The position numbers and the translations under genes were made by a program. From NCBI RefSeq assembly GCF_009914755.1, contig NC_060941.1: a stretch of DNA of 64,000 nucleotides. One strand, written 5' to 3'. A model generated the notes under the pieces. It was not told the origin of the DNA. It was given only the letters and a program-made list of their open reading frames with translations, and searched no databases. This stretch comes from the human T2T-CHM13v2.0 reference genome, Homo sapiens. Shown in pieces: positions 13,619-27,205 of this stretch; position 1 is the stretch's first letter; every line of letters begins with the position of its first letter.

Positions 13619-16600
13619 CCTTCATGAAAACATAAGGTTCACCAGTGCTTAGACCTCATCTGTCTAATTTTCAGTTATCTTCCCAGAGCCTAAAACAGTG
13701 CCTGGCACATAGCAGGTGTTCAATAAATAGTGAGTAAATGAATGAATAAAGTAGAAGGGCTGGGATCAGACCCAGTCCTGTGTGATCTCAAAGGCACTGT
13801 GTTCTCTGATGCACAAACACTACCATCCAGGCAATTCCAACTTACAATTAGAAATTCAGTTCCATTTGAAATTCTGCCCTTGCTTCTGCATGCACCTGGT
13901 ACCAGATGAAACTTGCAGTTAGTTAAGGCACACAGATTAATTGAAAGAACTCATTCCCACAAATGGTGACCCTGGGAGAGCTCATGCATGGCAGTGTAAT
14001 TACTTTGGTCATATTGACACATCAGGAGAGCCCAGAGTCAGGCTCAGCCTGAGGTTTCCATCTGAACTTTGCATTTCCGTAGGCCTCTCTCCCTTGAAGT
14101 CAAATGACATAATTTTAACAAATTTTGAGTGTGTGAATAATTTCTTCTTTTCTTCTGCCCTGGTATGTATACTGATATTAAAGACTAGAATATTTATCAT
14201 GTTGGCAGTTCCTGCCTGCTAGATTTGATTTTGTTAAGAAGCCGAGTTTTCCTCTGACAGCATTCAACTCCACATCTTCTTATTCTTGACTTCCACTTTA
14301 GACACTTTTGGTATTAGCTAGCTCTACACCAAAATAAAATGGGAGGGAGCCAATAGGAATAGCTAAGTATACTGACCACATTCATTCCTGACTACTGGGG
14401 AAACACAAATCCAGTTACTAAATAAAAAGCCAGTTCAGATAAGGAATGATGCTATATCTTCCAAATGACTCCTGTCGCATTCACTGGATTAAAACCCAGA
14501 GCGTCACCACTTATATTCCAGTGATGTATTTAGTACCCTACTTTACCAAATCACTAGGAAAGCCATGGACTGTAACATCTGTCCAAATGCAGAGAGAATC
14601 AAACTCTGATTATGCTAATCTGATATCGACACAAAGACATTAGTAAAATAGGCCACTCTCACTGAATAAAATGTCCTTGGCTTTCATAACTGATTTTTTG
14701 ACGTCATCTGGTTTGCTGCAAAAGCCAGAGATAGAGCTGCTTACATTTCAGGGAAGACTGTACCTCCAGTGAAAACATGCTCCAGCGCACATGATATTTC
14801 AAAGCAGCCGTGCTATCTTTCCATAGCCACTATAAATGTGCAGGCACTTCCTCGTCACAGGTGAGATAGAAGGTGAAAGGTGTACTGAGATATCTCTTTC
14901 CTAGCCTCTGTTAAAGACAAAAAAACTCATTTTTTCCAGCTAAAGCAATACCAAAGATGACTGGATGTCATCCCTGGTTCTGTAGAATTACACTGAAGGG
15001 GGAGCTCAGAGTTCTTTGGAACTGGAGGTCAGGCTTGCAGAATTAGTCACTATTTATCTGAAGACCGAGAATCCAGCTTGTTACCATGATTTCAAGGAAC
15101 TGAAAGCCACACAAGTCAGGTGAAATTCAGAGGTAAATGCTACAAATTTGAAAAGGGGAAGCTCAGTGTCGTCTGCTCTTTTTTCGAGCTATTTTGAGAC
15201 ATGGGAAGACACTAAAGAAACATGGCAAGTATTAGAAATAAAAAGCAATCCTTTATAAGAACAAAATTACAGTGTTGAGATGAAACGGAACCTGTCAATT
15301 TCCAATCATCTATTCAGAGGACAAAGACCCCATTTCAGGGAATCTTCTACAGATGTTCTTTTGATAGCTTTTTATTTAATAGTCAACTGGAGGCTCAGCT
15401 TTTTATAATTTAGTTTCCCAGAAAAAGCATCCTATTCTCTTAGATCATTTAGTACCTCTGAGATTTGCAGTATTCACTCTTCCGCAATATTTGCATCTCA
15501 TCGATGTTAACTGCAGAAAGTAACAAGAATGTCGAGAAAGACTCCTTTCTTCAACAGCCTGCCTGCCATCCCATAACCCCCTTCTCTATTTTCACTGCAC
15601 TGGCTCTTTTAAACTACTGCAAGTTCTTCCACTCTGTAATTGGAAAAATTTTTCGCTTCAATTTTAAAAATTATAGACATGTAATAAAATGTTGCCCTGC
15701 ACTGCTTGCTTAATCTATCTGCTCCTCCTCTTATCGTCATCTTTTCTTTTCACATCCTGGTGACTGAAGCTGTTTAAACCAGATGCACCATGAGAAGCAG
15801 GGTAATAGGAATGAATAACAGAAGGGGAGGCTCATGTCCTTTTGTGGGTTCATCCTGGAAGGTGGGGGGAGGAGAGGCTTAGAGAGGGGCATGGTGAGAG
15901 GGCAGCATTAGAGACAATGTACTCAATCCCCCTTGATCCTGCCCTTAAGCTCTTTCAGAAAACTTAATCTCCAAAGATTTAGTTTAATTTTGATTATAAA
16001 CAAAATATCCTTCTACCAATGGTAACTGATAAACAACGAAAGAGCAGGGAAACACACCAGCTGATGTCCCTCTTCTGAATCAGCTGTTCCTGATGGTGCA
16101 CAGCTTCACTTAATTGTTTTGTTCTTCCTTCTACCCTGCCTCATTCTACAAGAGTTGTTATGGCTTACAGGATAAGAAAAACATATTGTATCTAACATTA
16201 CGTTTAACAACAAAAACAACAACAAAAATCGAAGCAGATTAAAGACAAATTCAGATAGAATGGCAGGATCTAGAGTAATTCACCAGTTTATAAAGTTCCT
16301 CTAACTTTATTACAAGTGAAAATTTGGCTCTGAAGGCCTTGACACTCAAAGGGAAATGGACAACGTAGTTACGCCGTTCTTGCAGAGAGGAAAAATAAAA
16401 CACATCGATTGTTCAAAGGAAGCAAGGTTTTTCCTAGCAATTAGGGTTAAAGAAATTTCTCATCTGGGGCTTCCTTCAGGAAGACCCAATGACACAATGT
16501 CCTTTACAAAATGCCAACAGCAATTCCCCCAAACTGCTCATAAAATTAAGTTTTGCAAAGCAAAATGAATCTTAAATGTGTTTGTCATTGCAGGGAGGGG

Positions 16601-16699
16601 ACACATTTGGTCTGTAAGTTATCGCCTTTCAATTTATCACTTTTGTCAAGTCTGAACTGTTCTATGTTAAATTTTCAAGTAAAAGCCAGTCTCTGCAGT

Positions 16700-17042
16700 G
16701 AAAAGAATGTGGGTGGAAGACATAGGTGATAATGCACCTTGGCTAGTGGAAGAAAAGTGGAGACGGCTGTGGGCCGATTTTGAACCTAAAGCATTATGTG
16801 ACATTACGTGGTTCCACTTGCCCCTCCAGGCGCTTTTAATCTCAGTCAAGAGGCCATGCTCTAGGTAGCTGCTGCCTCTTCACCCTGGGCCATAGAATAC
16901 ATCTGACCTTGACTTGAAGCTTGAATCAGACCTCCCCCAGCAGACCTGAAGACTCATGAGCAAGAAATACACGCTGATGTTTTATACCACTGAGATTTTT
17001 GTGGTGGATAGATAGCGTTATTGCGGCAATAACTTACTAACA
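16700..17042 (+). mobile_element. Old MLT1 (I/J/K-like) LTR
   Basis: aggtagctgctgcctcttcaccctgggc...catgagcaagaaata...ccactgagattttt...attgcggcaataacttactaaca. Confidence 0.7.
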
Positions 17043-20000
17043 CCCTGCCTTGACGACTTCATGAAGTTGTGCAGACTAAGTGAGAGAATGCTCTTGGATA
17101 TTATTCGCATATCCAAATTGAATGAGCAAATGAAGAGTTAGAGAAAATGATTCATTCTGCATAGCATTACCAGATCCATTAGTTGACATGTTATATGGAT
17201 GCTTCTGTATTGCAATAGGCCCTGGTTGTATTTGGTCTGCCAAGCAGGAATGAAACACTGAGTTGAGACTGCTGGTTGGAATGATAGAAAAAGGACAATC
17301 GAGAAGTGCAAAAGAATGAGACAGAATAGTAATGAGCTACAGAAGGAGTCTGAAAACCAAAATGGAAGTCTAGTTGGTCTATAATTAGGCACTAATCATC
17401 TGATATGATGGAGATACCTCTGCAGAATCTGTAGAATTTTGAATTATCTACTTGTCATTTTCTGGGGAACATCATAGAAGTGATAATGAAATCACTCAAA
17501 TTTCTGGATATTCTTCAACCTAGCTTGGCCATCCTAGTCCAAAAAAATATAATAAGCATTTATCAAGCACCGACAAACAATTTCAGTGCATATTAATTGG
17601 GCACCTACTATGTGCCAAATAATTTGCAGCCTCAGAGATAAGCAAACAGACCATTAGACATGGTTAAATGTATGACAAATTATAATTACATGAGCAATTA
17701 CTTTAGTAATTCATGTAAATTACTACACTTCATGAAGACTAACAAGTACAGATATCACATTCTATAAAGCCCACAAATCTAGCACCTATTTCACCATGTT
17801 ATATGTAGCACCGTTACCTCTTTTGTGGACTAAGTAGTATAGCAAACTTGATGGAATAAATAACACCGACTTCAAATCACAAGGGTATTACATGAGTAGC
17901 CTCTACTGACATAATTTCAAGGGTCAGCTATTTCTCTGTAAAATTAAAATTAAATTCTGAAAACACTATGTGCTAGGCACAGTAATGGGAGCATTCCAAT
18001 AAGCTGTAATCCTTACCACCATTTTAAAATATTAGCTCCAGTCTACAAGTCAGGAAGGAGGCTCAAGGAGGTAAAGTAACTTGCTTAGGGACCCCTGGAG
18101 TCCAAGTGCATTCCTTGTTTTCATGCATCCTGCCAACTTCATAGTTTATTTACTGTGCTCCATATGGTGCAGTCACTACCAAGCAAATGGCAATGAAAAA
18201 GAAAAAAAGAAAAAAACTTGCCTGCCATTTCTCTTCTTCATAGCTAGTGAAAGAGTTTACTAACATCAGTGTCAATGATCATAAAGCTAAAACGTCCTAA
18301 GCCTTAAATTTGCTTTTCAAATACCAGTATTTCAGAGGCAGATTACCTGACTCCAATAATATGCCTCAAACCTTGCACTGTGTGTGCAATGAAAGGGAAT
18401 ATTTTCATCCATTATAAGAGGCTGTCAGAGGAAAACATTTTCCTGATATCATACCCAAGAGAACAGCATGTGAAGCAACACTATCATATTCTACCGAACT
18501 TTCATATACTCCATGCAGTACAATGTATATTTTATCTTTTGAAAAGCCTTGGTAACAAAAGGATAAAATATCCATCTAAAACTCAAAGTACATTCTAATA
18601 ATGCTGCATTCACATTAATAGCATTCAAAGAATCTCATAGCCTTCTGCAGGCAGTTCACTTGTCTGTGCTAAGAATCTATCCTTCAGTTACAGGAGGAAA
18701 AGCTCAACCCAGTGGCTTTGCCCACTCTTTATAGCTGGGGAAGAGGCAGAAGCTAAGGGGCAGTGTGGAAGGCATCCATTAACTAAGTCTTCCTCCTGAA
18801 TGGCAGGCTAGTGGGAGGAATTTCTTTCCCGTGCACAGGGAGTTAAGTCGGAGCTGAATTTGCATATCTCTTTAGAATCACAAGGGTATTGATTCTAGCC
18901 TCTAAGACATTTACATAAAGGTTTCAGGACACTCTCAGGAAATAGCAAAGGAAACTTTGGAACTGAGAGTGAGAATCCCCAGAAAAGCAGGGGGGAGGAA
19001 ATGCACCAATTTTTGGCAGTTGAAGAACTGAAGGCAGGGTGAGTCTAAAGACATATATGCCTAGGAGAGACATCTTTGTGTTGGTGACTCAGTCTCTGAG
19101 TCTCACCTGGTGCAGTTCACTCAAATGGTATCCTAGCAAGTCTTCAGGGATCCTGTTTTAAATTGTTTGTCTGAGATTTTTGTGAAATTTGGGAAAGCCA
19201 TGCCATCTTCTGGGAAACTCGAAAGAAGACTAAAGTCCCTTCAAGGTCAGACCTTTCAGGCTTGGGAACAATTTATTTGCTTTGGAGAAATACCACTGTC
19301 ATGATGGGAGTAGCTGTGTCATGTTTCAGCAGTGCTTGCAAGAGTGGAGTAGAATGCTGTTGTGTTAGAGAAGTCCGAATGACCGCACCTCCCCAAGCAC
19401 CAGCCTCCAAGGAAACATATGTCTCCCAGGACTGTGCAGAAGGGATGACCCTGGGAGGCTGGGGTAAGCTGGCAGCAACAGTGTTTGGTGGGGATGCTGA
19501 GCCAAATACCATTGCAATCAAAGCCTTTGATCATCCTCTTCTTGGTGTGACTTGGGAACTGAGGGTCACCCTTGAATTCCTTTCAGTCTTAACACTGAAC
19601 TAGGAGAAGCACAAATCTTAAATTTCCATCTATTACCATTATTATTATCCACAGAGAACTGAGGGCAGCCTGAGAAATGAATGGCAGAGATGTGTCAGCT
19701 TTGCCCCTGTTAAATTATGCACATCATATGAAATGACTCAAAGGATGACTGCCTAGGAGAAACAGAGACAGGCCATTTACACTGGCCAGTCCTTTGAGGC
19801 TCATGACTTTAAAAGTTATTCCTGATCCACTCCGAGCCCTGAGGAACTTGGAAATGTGCCTATTACGGTTTCCAAAGTGCAATCATGCTTTTGGGGTGAA
19901 CACCCCAGCTGCAAAAACAGTAAGGTCTGTCCTCATTTCACAGTAAGAGACAGAGCCAGGAAGAGAGGCTGCAGAGGGACAGAGAGAGCACCACTGCCAT

Positions 20001-20494
20001 TTTTTACAGAGAAAAAGCATACATATCGTGACCTAGAAATTAAAACTATGTGTTTTCCCCTGACTCTATAGCTGCCAGAACTGCTTCAGTGATGACAACT
20101 ATCTTGGGCATTTTATGTGCCATTTTTTTGATGAAACATGTAAAAAAATTAACTACCCATTCAGAAATGAAATTCACTATGTGATTTGCCACCTTACCAG
20201 GGAAGAGAGCAATGGTCAGATAACAAAACAGACATGTAACACCACTCCTAAGGATAAAATACATATAGTGCTAGAGCCAAAACAAACAGGCTGCAGAGAT
20301 GCAATTAATAGGCTGAAATATGGTGGTATCAGAGCACCCACCATCCCTCATGCTCTCAAAACATGGCAAAGAGAAGGAAATTGGCTGAAGGTCAGGGCTC
20401 TTCTGACCCATGCTGCCTTCTTCCTAAGCCCTTGATATAGATGGAATGTATTTCTCCCCTGTCTTCAGTTTCAGTGCAATGTTCTGTAAAGGAA

Positions 20495-20700
20495 ACCAGT
20501 TTTGGAGTCAGACAACCTAAGATTGAAACTCAGCTCTGTTTCTTGTCATCTCTGTAACTCTGGGTAAATTATTTAACAACTGCACATTTCAGTTTCCTGG
20601 TTTGTAAAACTGGCCATCTGAGGTCATTTGGGGAACTAAATGAGATAAAATATGTATGTATAAATGGCAGTAGTAAGTACTCAATATATTTAGTTCCTTT
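20495..20700 (+). mobile_element. MIR
   Basis: tttggagtcagac...tctgggtaaattatttaac...tcagtttcctggtttgtaaaa...aaatgagataa. Confidence 0.8.
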
Positions 20701-22082
20701 CCCTTTTTTCATCTATATGTAATTCCAGGATCTGGGGTATTTTAGAATTCATCTATTTATTATTTCATTCAATAAACATTTATTGACTGCTTTCTGTATA
20801 TTACATACTTTGCTGCTAACCAGATGCTGACACAGCCATAAAAATTAGTGGGCCAAAAGGAACCCAGACTGTAGATTGAAAGGGGTCATCTTTATGCACA
20901 TCTTATGCCTCATATCTGTTGATGTCTCAAGCATCCTACAGGGATGTTACACCATCCACGTAGGAAATACCAGATCTCACGGTAATTGGCAAGGACAATT
21001 TGTTCGTCAAAACAGATTTTGTTGCTCCCACTTGAATGCCTCCTTTAGAAGTCTCTGTTATTAATTCACCTCTGAAAGGTGATCAACAAACTCTTACATT
21101 CTTCCCTTTGGTTAATAGATTGATTCCGATCTATTAAAAGTCAAATTAAAGTTCTCACCAAGTGTGTAATCCTGGGAGTATGTGTAACATTCAGCTTTCC
21201 CATGTCTTCACAATTCTTTTAATTTTATATTTCTAATCACAGAGGCCAACAACACAGAACAGTTTGACTATATTAATAAAATTACTTATTTATATATTAT
21301 CTGTGACCACTTCCTTTCCCCCATTACATTCCTCCAAGTGGATAACTTACAGTTATTAACTTTCAGGAGGCCCCTATATATCATAGCATCATACCATTAA
21401 GCCTTTTGGAAATTCATCACAAATCAGTATACAGATGACATTGATGTCTTATTGCTATTCATTCCTCCCGGGCCGTTTTTAGCAGTTCATTTTTTATATC
21501 CCTGCAGTGCAGAAATATGGCTCACTCCAGTATCTGTCCTTTTTGTAATCGCAAAAGGAAAGCTTGGCAGTTGTCATATATTACACTCTTGAGGAAAATG
21601 CTAGTAATACGTCGAATTGATTGAACAGCATGGACCCAAACTGCTTGGCATAGGGCTATTTCCTCACTGCTATTAAGATTTTGGTTAAAAAAAAAAAAAC
21701 CTTACCTTTTAGATTCAGAAACTGTGAATCATTAAAAGGCAATTTGTAGAATAAAGATCACATACTTGAAGAAGCCTAAAAGCTCCCCTCTATTTCCTCT
21801 CTTTAGATTTTGAACGTATTTCCAGCATGCATTCACATTGTTGCATGCTACGCTGCTGGAAACACAGTGTCATTGGCCAGAAGCTGGTTGCCACCTGGGT
21901 TGTGAAATAGCCCAGGACTTCCCAGGCTCTGGAGGGGTAGAAGCTTAAACTGGTAAAGAAGTTGAGAACATTGTGACTGCAAAGGCATTAGGCAAAAGCC
22001 ATACCTATATGCCATCCTTATCATTGCAAAGGTGCCACTAGAAGGACTATGGTCTTGGAGGAGGCAAGCAAAGAAAGAAGAT

Positions 22083-22433
22083 TGATATGGTTTGGCTTTG
22101 TCCCCACCCAAATCTCACCTGGAATTGTAGCTCCCACAATTCCCATGTGTCATGAGACGGATCTGGTGGGAGGTAATTGAATCACGGGAATGGGTCTTTC
22201 CCATGGTATTCTTGTGAGAGTAAGTTTCATGAGATCTGATGGTTTTATAAAAGGGAGTTTCCCTGCACAAATTCTCTTGTCTGCTGCCGTGTGAGACATG
22301 CCTTTGACCTTCCACCATGATTGTGAGGCCTCCCCAGCCATGTGGAACTGTAGGTCCATTGAACCTCTTTTCCCTTATAAATTACCCAGCCTTGGGTATA
22401 TCTTTATCAGCAGTATGAAAGCAGACTAATACA
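22083..22433 (+). mobile_element. THE1B-like solo LTR (ERVL-MaLR), full length
   Basis: Starts TGATATGGTTTGGCT, ends GACTAATACA. Flanks aagat/aagtt form a 4/5 TSD. Confidence 0.92.
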
Positions 22434-22803
22434 AAGTTGTATTAAAAGAGGAATTAAGATGAAAGTAAGAAAAGTCATAGCTCCATATAATCAAGCCTAT
22501 GCTCTCCCCCGCCCCTCATCTTTGGAATGAGGTAGTGCCAACTGGGCCTGGGGGACCTGAAATACAGGGCACAGGCAGTTCCGTTGGAATCATTCTTCAG
22601 GAGGCCAAACCATGGCCACTGGAGTCCTTTCCGATATGAATATTTGTAACTAATCTGAGGCTTTCTTTCCAACACCAGCTACAATAGTTGGTGATCCACC
22701 TGGGTTTACTTTTTAAGGCCACTAGACATGTCCCCCAGTTTCTATTAATTTTGACTGCAATCAACTCACCTTTCTTCTGGGAATTGCCCTTGACCTCTAA
22801 GAA

Positions 22804-23019
22804 CAGTGGTGTGCTGTGTGCTGATAAATCTCTATCATCCAGCTCTCCAGATAAAAAAGAGGGCTTATATGTAGCATTTGCAGATTTCTGTGGTGTTAAC
22901 ACCCCTACCATGGTGGATTTCAAGTCACCACCTTGATGGCACCCAATGTGGAGGTGGGAATAGATACACATGATGGGCTCTGAAAGGCAGGATAAGCCAG
23001 CTCCTTAAGGATACCACTG
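22804..23019. mobile_element. MER63-like hAT DNA transposon
   Basis: Terminal inverted repeats (TIRs) CAGTGGT...ACCACTG; internal gtagcatttgcagatttctgtggtgttaacacccctaccatgg. Confidence 0.75.
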
Positions 23020-23034
23020 TACAGGAGACACCTT

Positions 23035-23130
23035 GCCTGGGAATACCAGGGAAGAGATGTGCCTTTCAGAAGGTACTGAAGGGCCTGGGAATACCAGGGA
23101 AGAGATGTGCCTTTCAGAAGGTACTGAAGG
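23035..23130. repeat. Perfect 48-bp tandem duplication
   Basis: gcctgggaataccagggaagagatgtgcctttcagaaggtactgaagg at 23035-23082 and 23083-23130. Confidence 0.97.
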
Positions 23131-23206
23131 CTGCCTCCCTAGACCCTAGGAGTGCATGGCAGGATGAGAGCACTTTGGTGTTATTCACGCTTAGGAGGTC
23201 CCTGTG

Positions 23207-23620
23207 TATGTTAAGCTGTTCTTGCATTGTTATACAGAAATAGCCAAGGCTGGGTAATTTATAACGAAAAGAGGTTTAAGTGGCTTACAGTTCTGTAGGC
23301 TATATAAGCATGGCACTGGCATCTGCTTAGCTTCTGGGGAAGCCTCGGGGAGTTTTTACTCATGGCAGAAAAAGTGTCAGCAGACAAGTCACATGGCAAA
23401 AGCAGGAACAAGAGCCAGTAAGGAAGAAGATGCCACACATTTTTAAACAACTGGACCTAGTGAGAACTCACTCACGAGTACAGCACCAAGAGGATGGCAC
23501 TCAACCATTCATGGGAAATCCACCCCCATGGTCCAATTACCTCCTGCCAGGCCCTACCTTCAATATTGGGGATTATAATTCAACATGAGATTTGGAGGGC
23601 ACAATATCCCAACTATATTA
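23207..23620 (-). mobile_element. MSTA-like solo LTR
   Basis: ctgggtaatttataacgaaaagaggtttaa...ggggattataattcaacatgagatttgg. Perfect 5-bp TSD ctgtg (23202-23206, 23621-23625). Confidence 0.9.
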
Positions 23621-25260
23621 CTGTGGGATCAGGCTATGGTTGGACTCCAGTTAAACTATCATCTTTGCTGAACTTCTCCCCAGGCCTACTTCCCCCATTC
23701 CCTGGCAGCTTTCACGTGAGAAACTTCTTCAGAAAATTATTTGCATAAGAATTCTCATCTCAAGCTCTAAACCTATGCTTAGACAGCATCAGACTCTGGA
23801 AGGGTGACACAACACTTATTTTGAACAGATAATTTTGTGAAACTCTTATTCTATTTGAATTTGACAAGCTCAGAATAAATGACGTGAGAGTCAACAAACA
23901 CTGAATTGATTTCTGTATTCAAACCTACCTAGCAACGATGCATTAAATAGCAACATACTAAGTATAATGTGTATTCATTTTCTCCATCATAGTGCAAGTA
24001 ATGCATTTTGCTTATACTGAGAATAGTGAAAATAGCTACTTGGCTTAAAAGGAAGCAAGAGTGGCTTTTCCTTAACTTAAAAAAAATAGTTTCTGAATAT
24101 TTCAGAGGAAAATGCAAATTGAGAAAAATCTCTGCTCCTTAGATGAGATGTGAAAAATATTCTTGATAGGAAGGTGGCAGAAAATATTTTTAGGCAGATG
24201 AGATGCTGCTAGTTTGATAGGTTTCTATTAGATATAACGTACCAAACTGTGTGCGTGTATACATTTTCACCCACTGGTAAAAATGAAATCATGTACCTTC
24301 ATCTTATGATATTGTATGTAAATGTTTCATGTGGGTTAGAGCATGCATGTTTCAGAGCTAAGGGCCAGAATGGACTAACATCCTATCAAGTGTTACATCT
24401 GATGAAGATCTGAGTAAAAACACAACACTAATCTGTTCAGAACATCAGGTGGGCAAAGATAACATTAACAAAATAAAACTCTCGCCTTACTGAATAGACA
24501 CTGGGTTTGCTCTATGAGAAAAACAGATATTAGGCTGAATGGCTTATTTTCACATTATTTGCAGTTTGGATTTTGGCCCTAGCATACTACAGAGCAAGGA
24601 ACTAAAACATCTAACTTTTTAAAACGTTAAGAATATGAGATACTGGAAAGAGATGGATTATTTTAGTTATTCTTAATCTTTCGTGCAACATTAATAAAGT
24701 TGTATCTATATGACATTAAATCTTCATCAGAAAAATTAAGTCTGGGAGCTGCTCAGATGTTCAACTGCCTACGCTGCATAGACTCCTCAAATTGCATTAT
24801 TTATTCCAGTTTTTCAGTTTTAATTTGGTTCTTTTGTTTCAGAAACCAAGCTTAGAAGAAAATGAGCATTTTCTTAAGTCCTTCAAAAAGAATCTACTAT
24901 ATTTCTTTTCTTTTCTGAGGTAGTAGATATATTATTATTTATTTTTATTTTAATTTTCCAACCAAAGATACCTGGTTTATAGGCAATAATATCCCTTTAA
25001 TAGGATTCAAAGTGTCTGAGGTTTACATAGAACAACTTTGTGGGTTTATTCAAATGGTCAGGCTTACAAGGAGTAGATCGACCAATTTCAGAGCCTTCTT
25101 GGAGAGAATGTACAACTGATACCAGCTTTTTAAGATCAGCATCAAAAGCTTATCTTGGGTGTGTGTGACTGTTTCTGCCGCTGTCCAGGAGATCTACCAG
25201 TCTTACCTTTTTAACTAATGTAAAACCATTTGTCTCAGGCTGCTTGACAGGTGGAGCTAG

Positions 25261-25721
<461 letters not shown>

Positions 25722-26067
25722 AAATGCCTGTTAGTTTTATCTGTGGGATTATGTAACCAGAAAACTAAAGTGGTATGATGTGATGGCTACTGAACTCATG
25801 AGATTCCTGGAAAACATTCTCTCTTGTAGGAATTCATCTGCCTATAAATTAATTAAACATCTCAAGCTAGTCCTTCTATAATTTTTAATAAAAATTATAC
25901 TCAGTTCTGGGATAACTTGAATTTTCTCTCATTTAAGTACCGTCACTAAAATTGTACAACTGTCAATCTTTCTGTGTTTAGTTAAAATGTTCCATGAAAG
26001 TGGAGAACCAATTTCACTCATACAGAAAAGAGAAGGCACATGTTCCTTGGTCATATGTATACAGAAC

Positions 26068-26270
26068 CAGGAGAAAAGAGGAAGTGAAAGGACAGGGAAA
26101 GAAGGACAGGGAAAGAGACACAGGGAAATGATGAAAGGGAGGGAGGAGGTTGGAGATAAAGACTGGAGAGAAAAGAAAAGGCTAAGAGAGTAAAAGAGAT
26201 GAAAAAATGAGAAAAAATGAGAAGAAGTATAGAGAAATAAAGGAACATGATGCAGGAAAGAAGAGTAAAG
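26068..26270. repeat. GA-rich low-complexity tract
   Basis: Strongly purine-biased on the plus strand. Confidence 0.8.
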
Positions 26271-26944
26271 TCCTTTCTAATACCCACAGGAGGAGTAAAG
26301 AATGAGAGAGAATTAGAGACACTTATGAAATACTAAAGCCAACAACCAGGTGTTTCCTTGGGAGATTTGCCTAATGACTCTGCATTGATTTTCTGGATGA
26401 TGTCAAGAGGTAAACATTACAAAGAACTGCCAAGACAGTGAGCGGCAATCCTCAGCCAAGATCTAAACTCAGCAATGGTGCATGAGAACCTGATACCCAC
26501 AACAGAATGCTTCTGCACTGAATCCATTTCCCAACTTAAAATACAGCATCTTAGACTTTCACATTTTGCTTATCTTTCATCACTTTTCACTGCTATGCAC
26601 TGAAATCTTCCGCTCCCTGCAAAAAGCTCTGCTCTGAGTATAAACACAACTACCTTGGTCTCATTTTAAAATCTGTAATCAAAATCCTCTTTTATAACAT
26701 TCATTTTGCTCTGAATCCTTCATTCCAGCTACTCAGAGTACAATATACCAAAGGAGAGAGCCTGTATCCAAAACTTTGAGGAATAATTTTGATAGTGGTT
26801 AATAAGAGGACAATGCAAGTTTCTTCCAATGTTAGTGCTTTAAAGGGTGTTTTCCTTTAGGAGGATTTACATCCTAGTTAAATCTTCATTCCAGGATGGC
26901 TGCAAGCAAATATATTCCACACGTCCCATCTAACCACTGCTCAT

Positions 26945-27205
26945 ACAGAATCAAAGTACATCAAGGTTGGAAGGGGATTCACAGGTCAAGTCAAAGCTCT
27001 CATCTGATGCCTCATTGTGTTCTACAATTTCAAGTACCCCTCAGTGCCCATCAGAACTCTTTCTGTGCCACGGGTCTCCACGAAACAGAAGGTCATTCAA
27101 TTTTCACATAGCTTGAATTCTTATTTTGAATTGAAGTCTGGCCAAAGTTACTTTCAAACAGCAGAGCTAGTTCTCCCCTATGTCTGAGCCTGCACAGAAA
27201 AGGTA
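26945..27205 (-). mobile_element. L3/CR1-like fragment
   Basis: acagaatc...aggttggaagggga...aggtcaag...ctagttctcccc...cacagaa layout is typical of reversed CR1 3' ends. Confidence 0.5.

Larger units (their letters stand above)
11150..13750 (+). mobile_element. Long L2 (L2a-like) fragment, interrupted by an LTR16
   Basis: Pyrimidine-rich L2 body (cccatggctttaaata, acctcaaactc, aaaccaaactcct) ending in the canonical aacagtgcctggcacatagcaggtgttcaataaat...gaatgaat. Confidence 0.85.
23030..23785 (+). mobile_element. LTR16A-like ERVL LTR split by an MST insertion
   Basis: The 3' part 23621-23785 (ctgtgggatcaggct...ttgcataagaattctcatctcaagctct...agaca) is LTR16A-like. The 5' boundary is approximate. 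Confidence 0.6.

Noticed and set aside
19262-19603. Overlapping ORFs on both strands in a slightly GC-richer patch
   Set aside because: No recognisable protein similarity or splice structure; expected by chance and possibly an old unrecognised repeat.
22329-22341. PRDM9 hotspot motif in THE1B
   Set aside because: Sequence is CCTCCCCAGCCAT, mismatching CCNCCNTNNCCNC at positions 7 and 13, i.e. the non-hotspot form.
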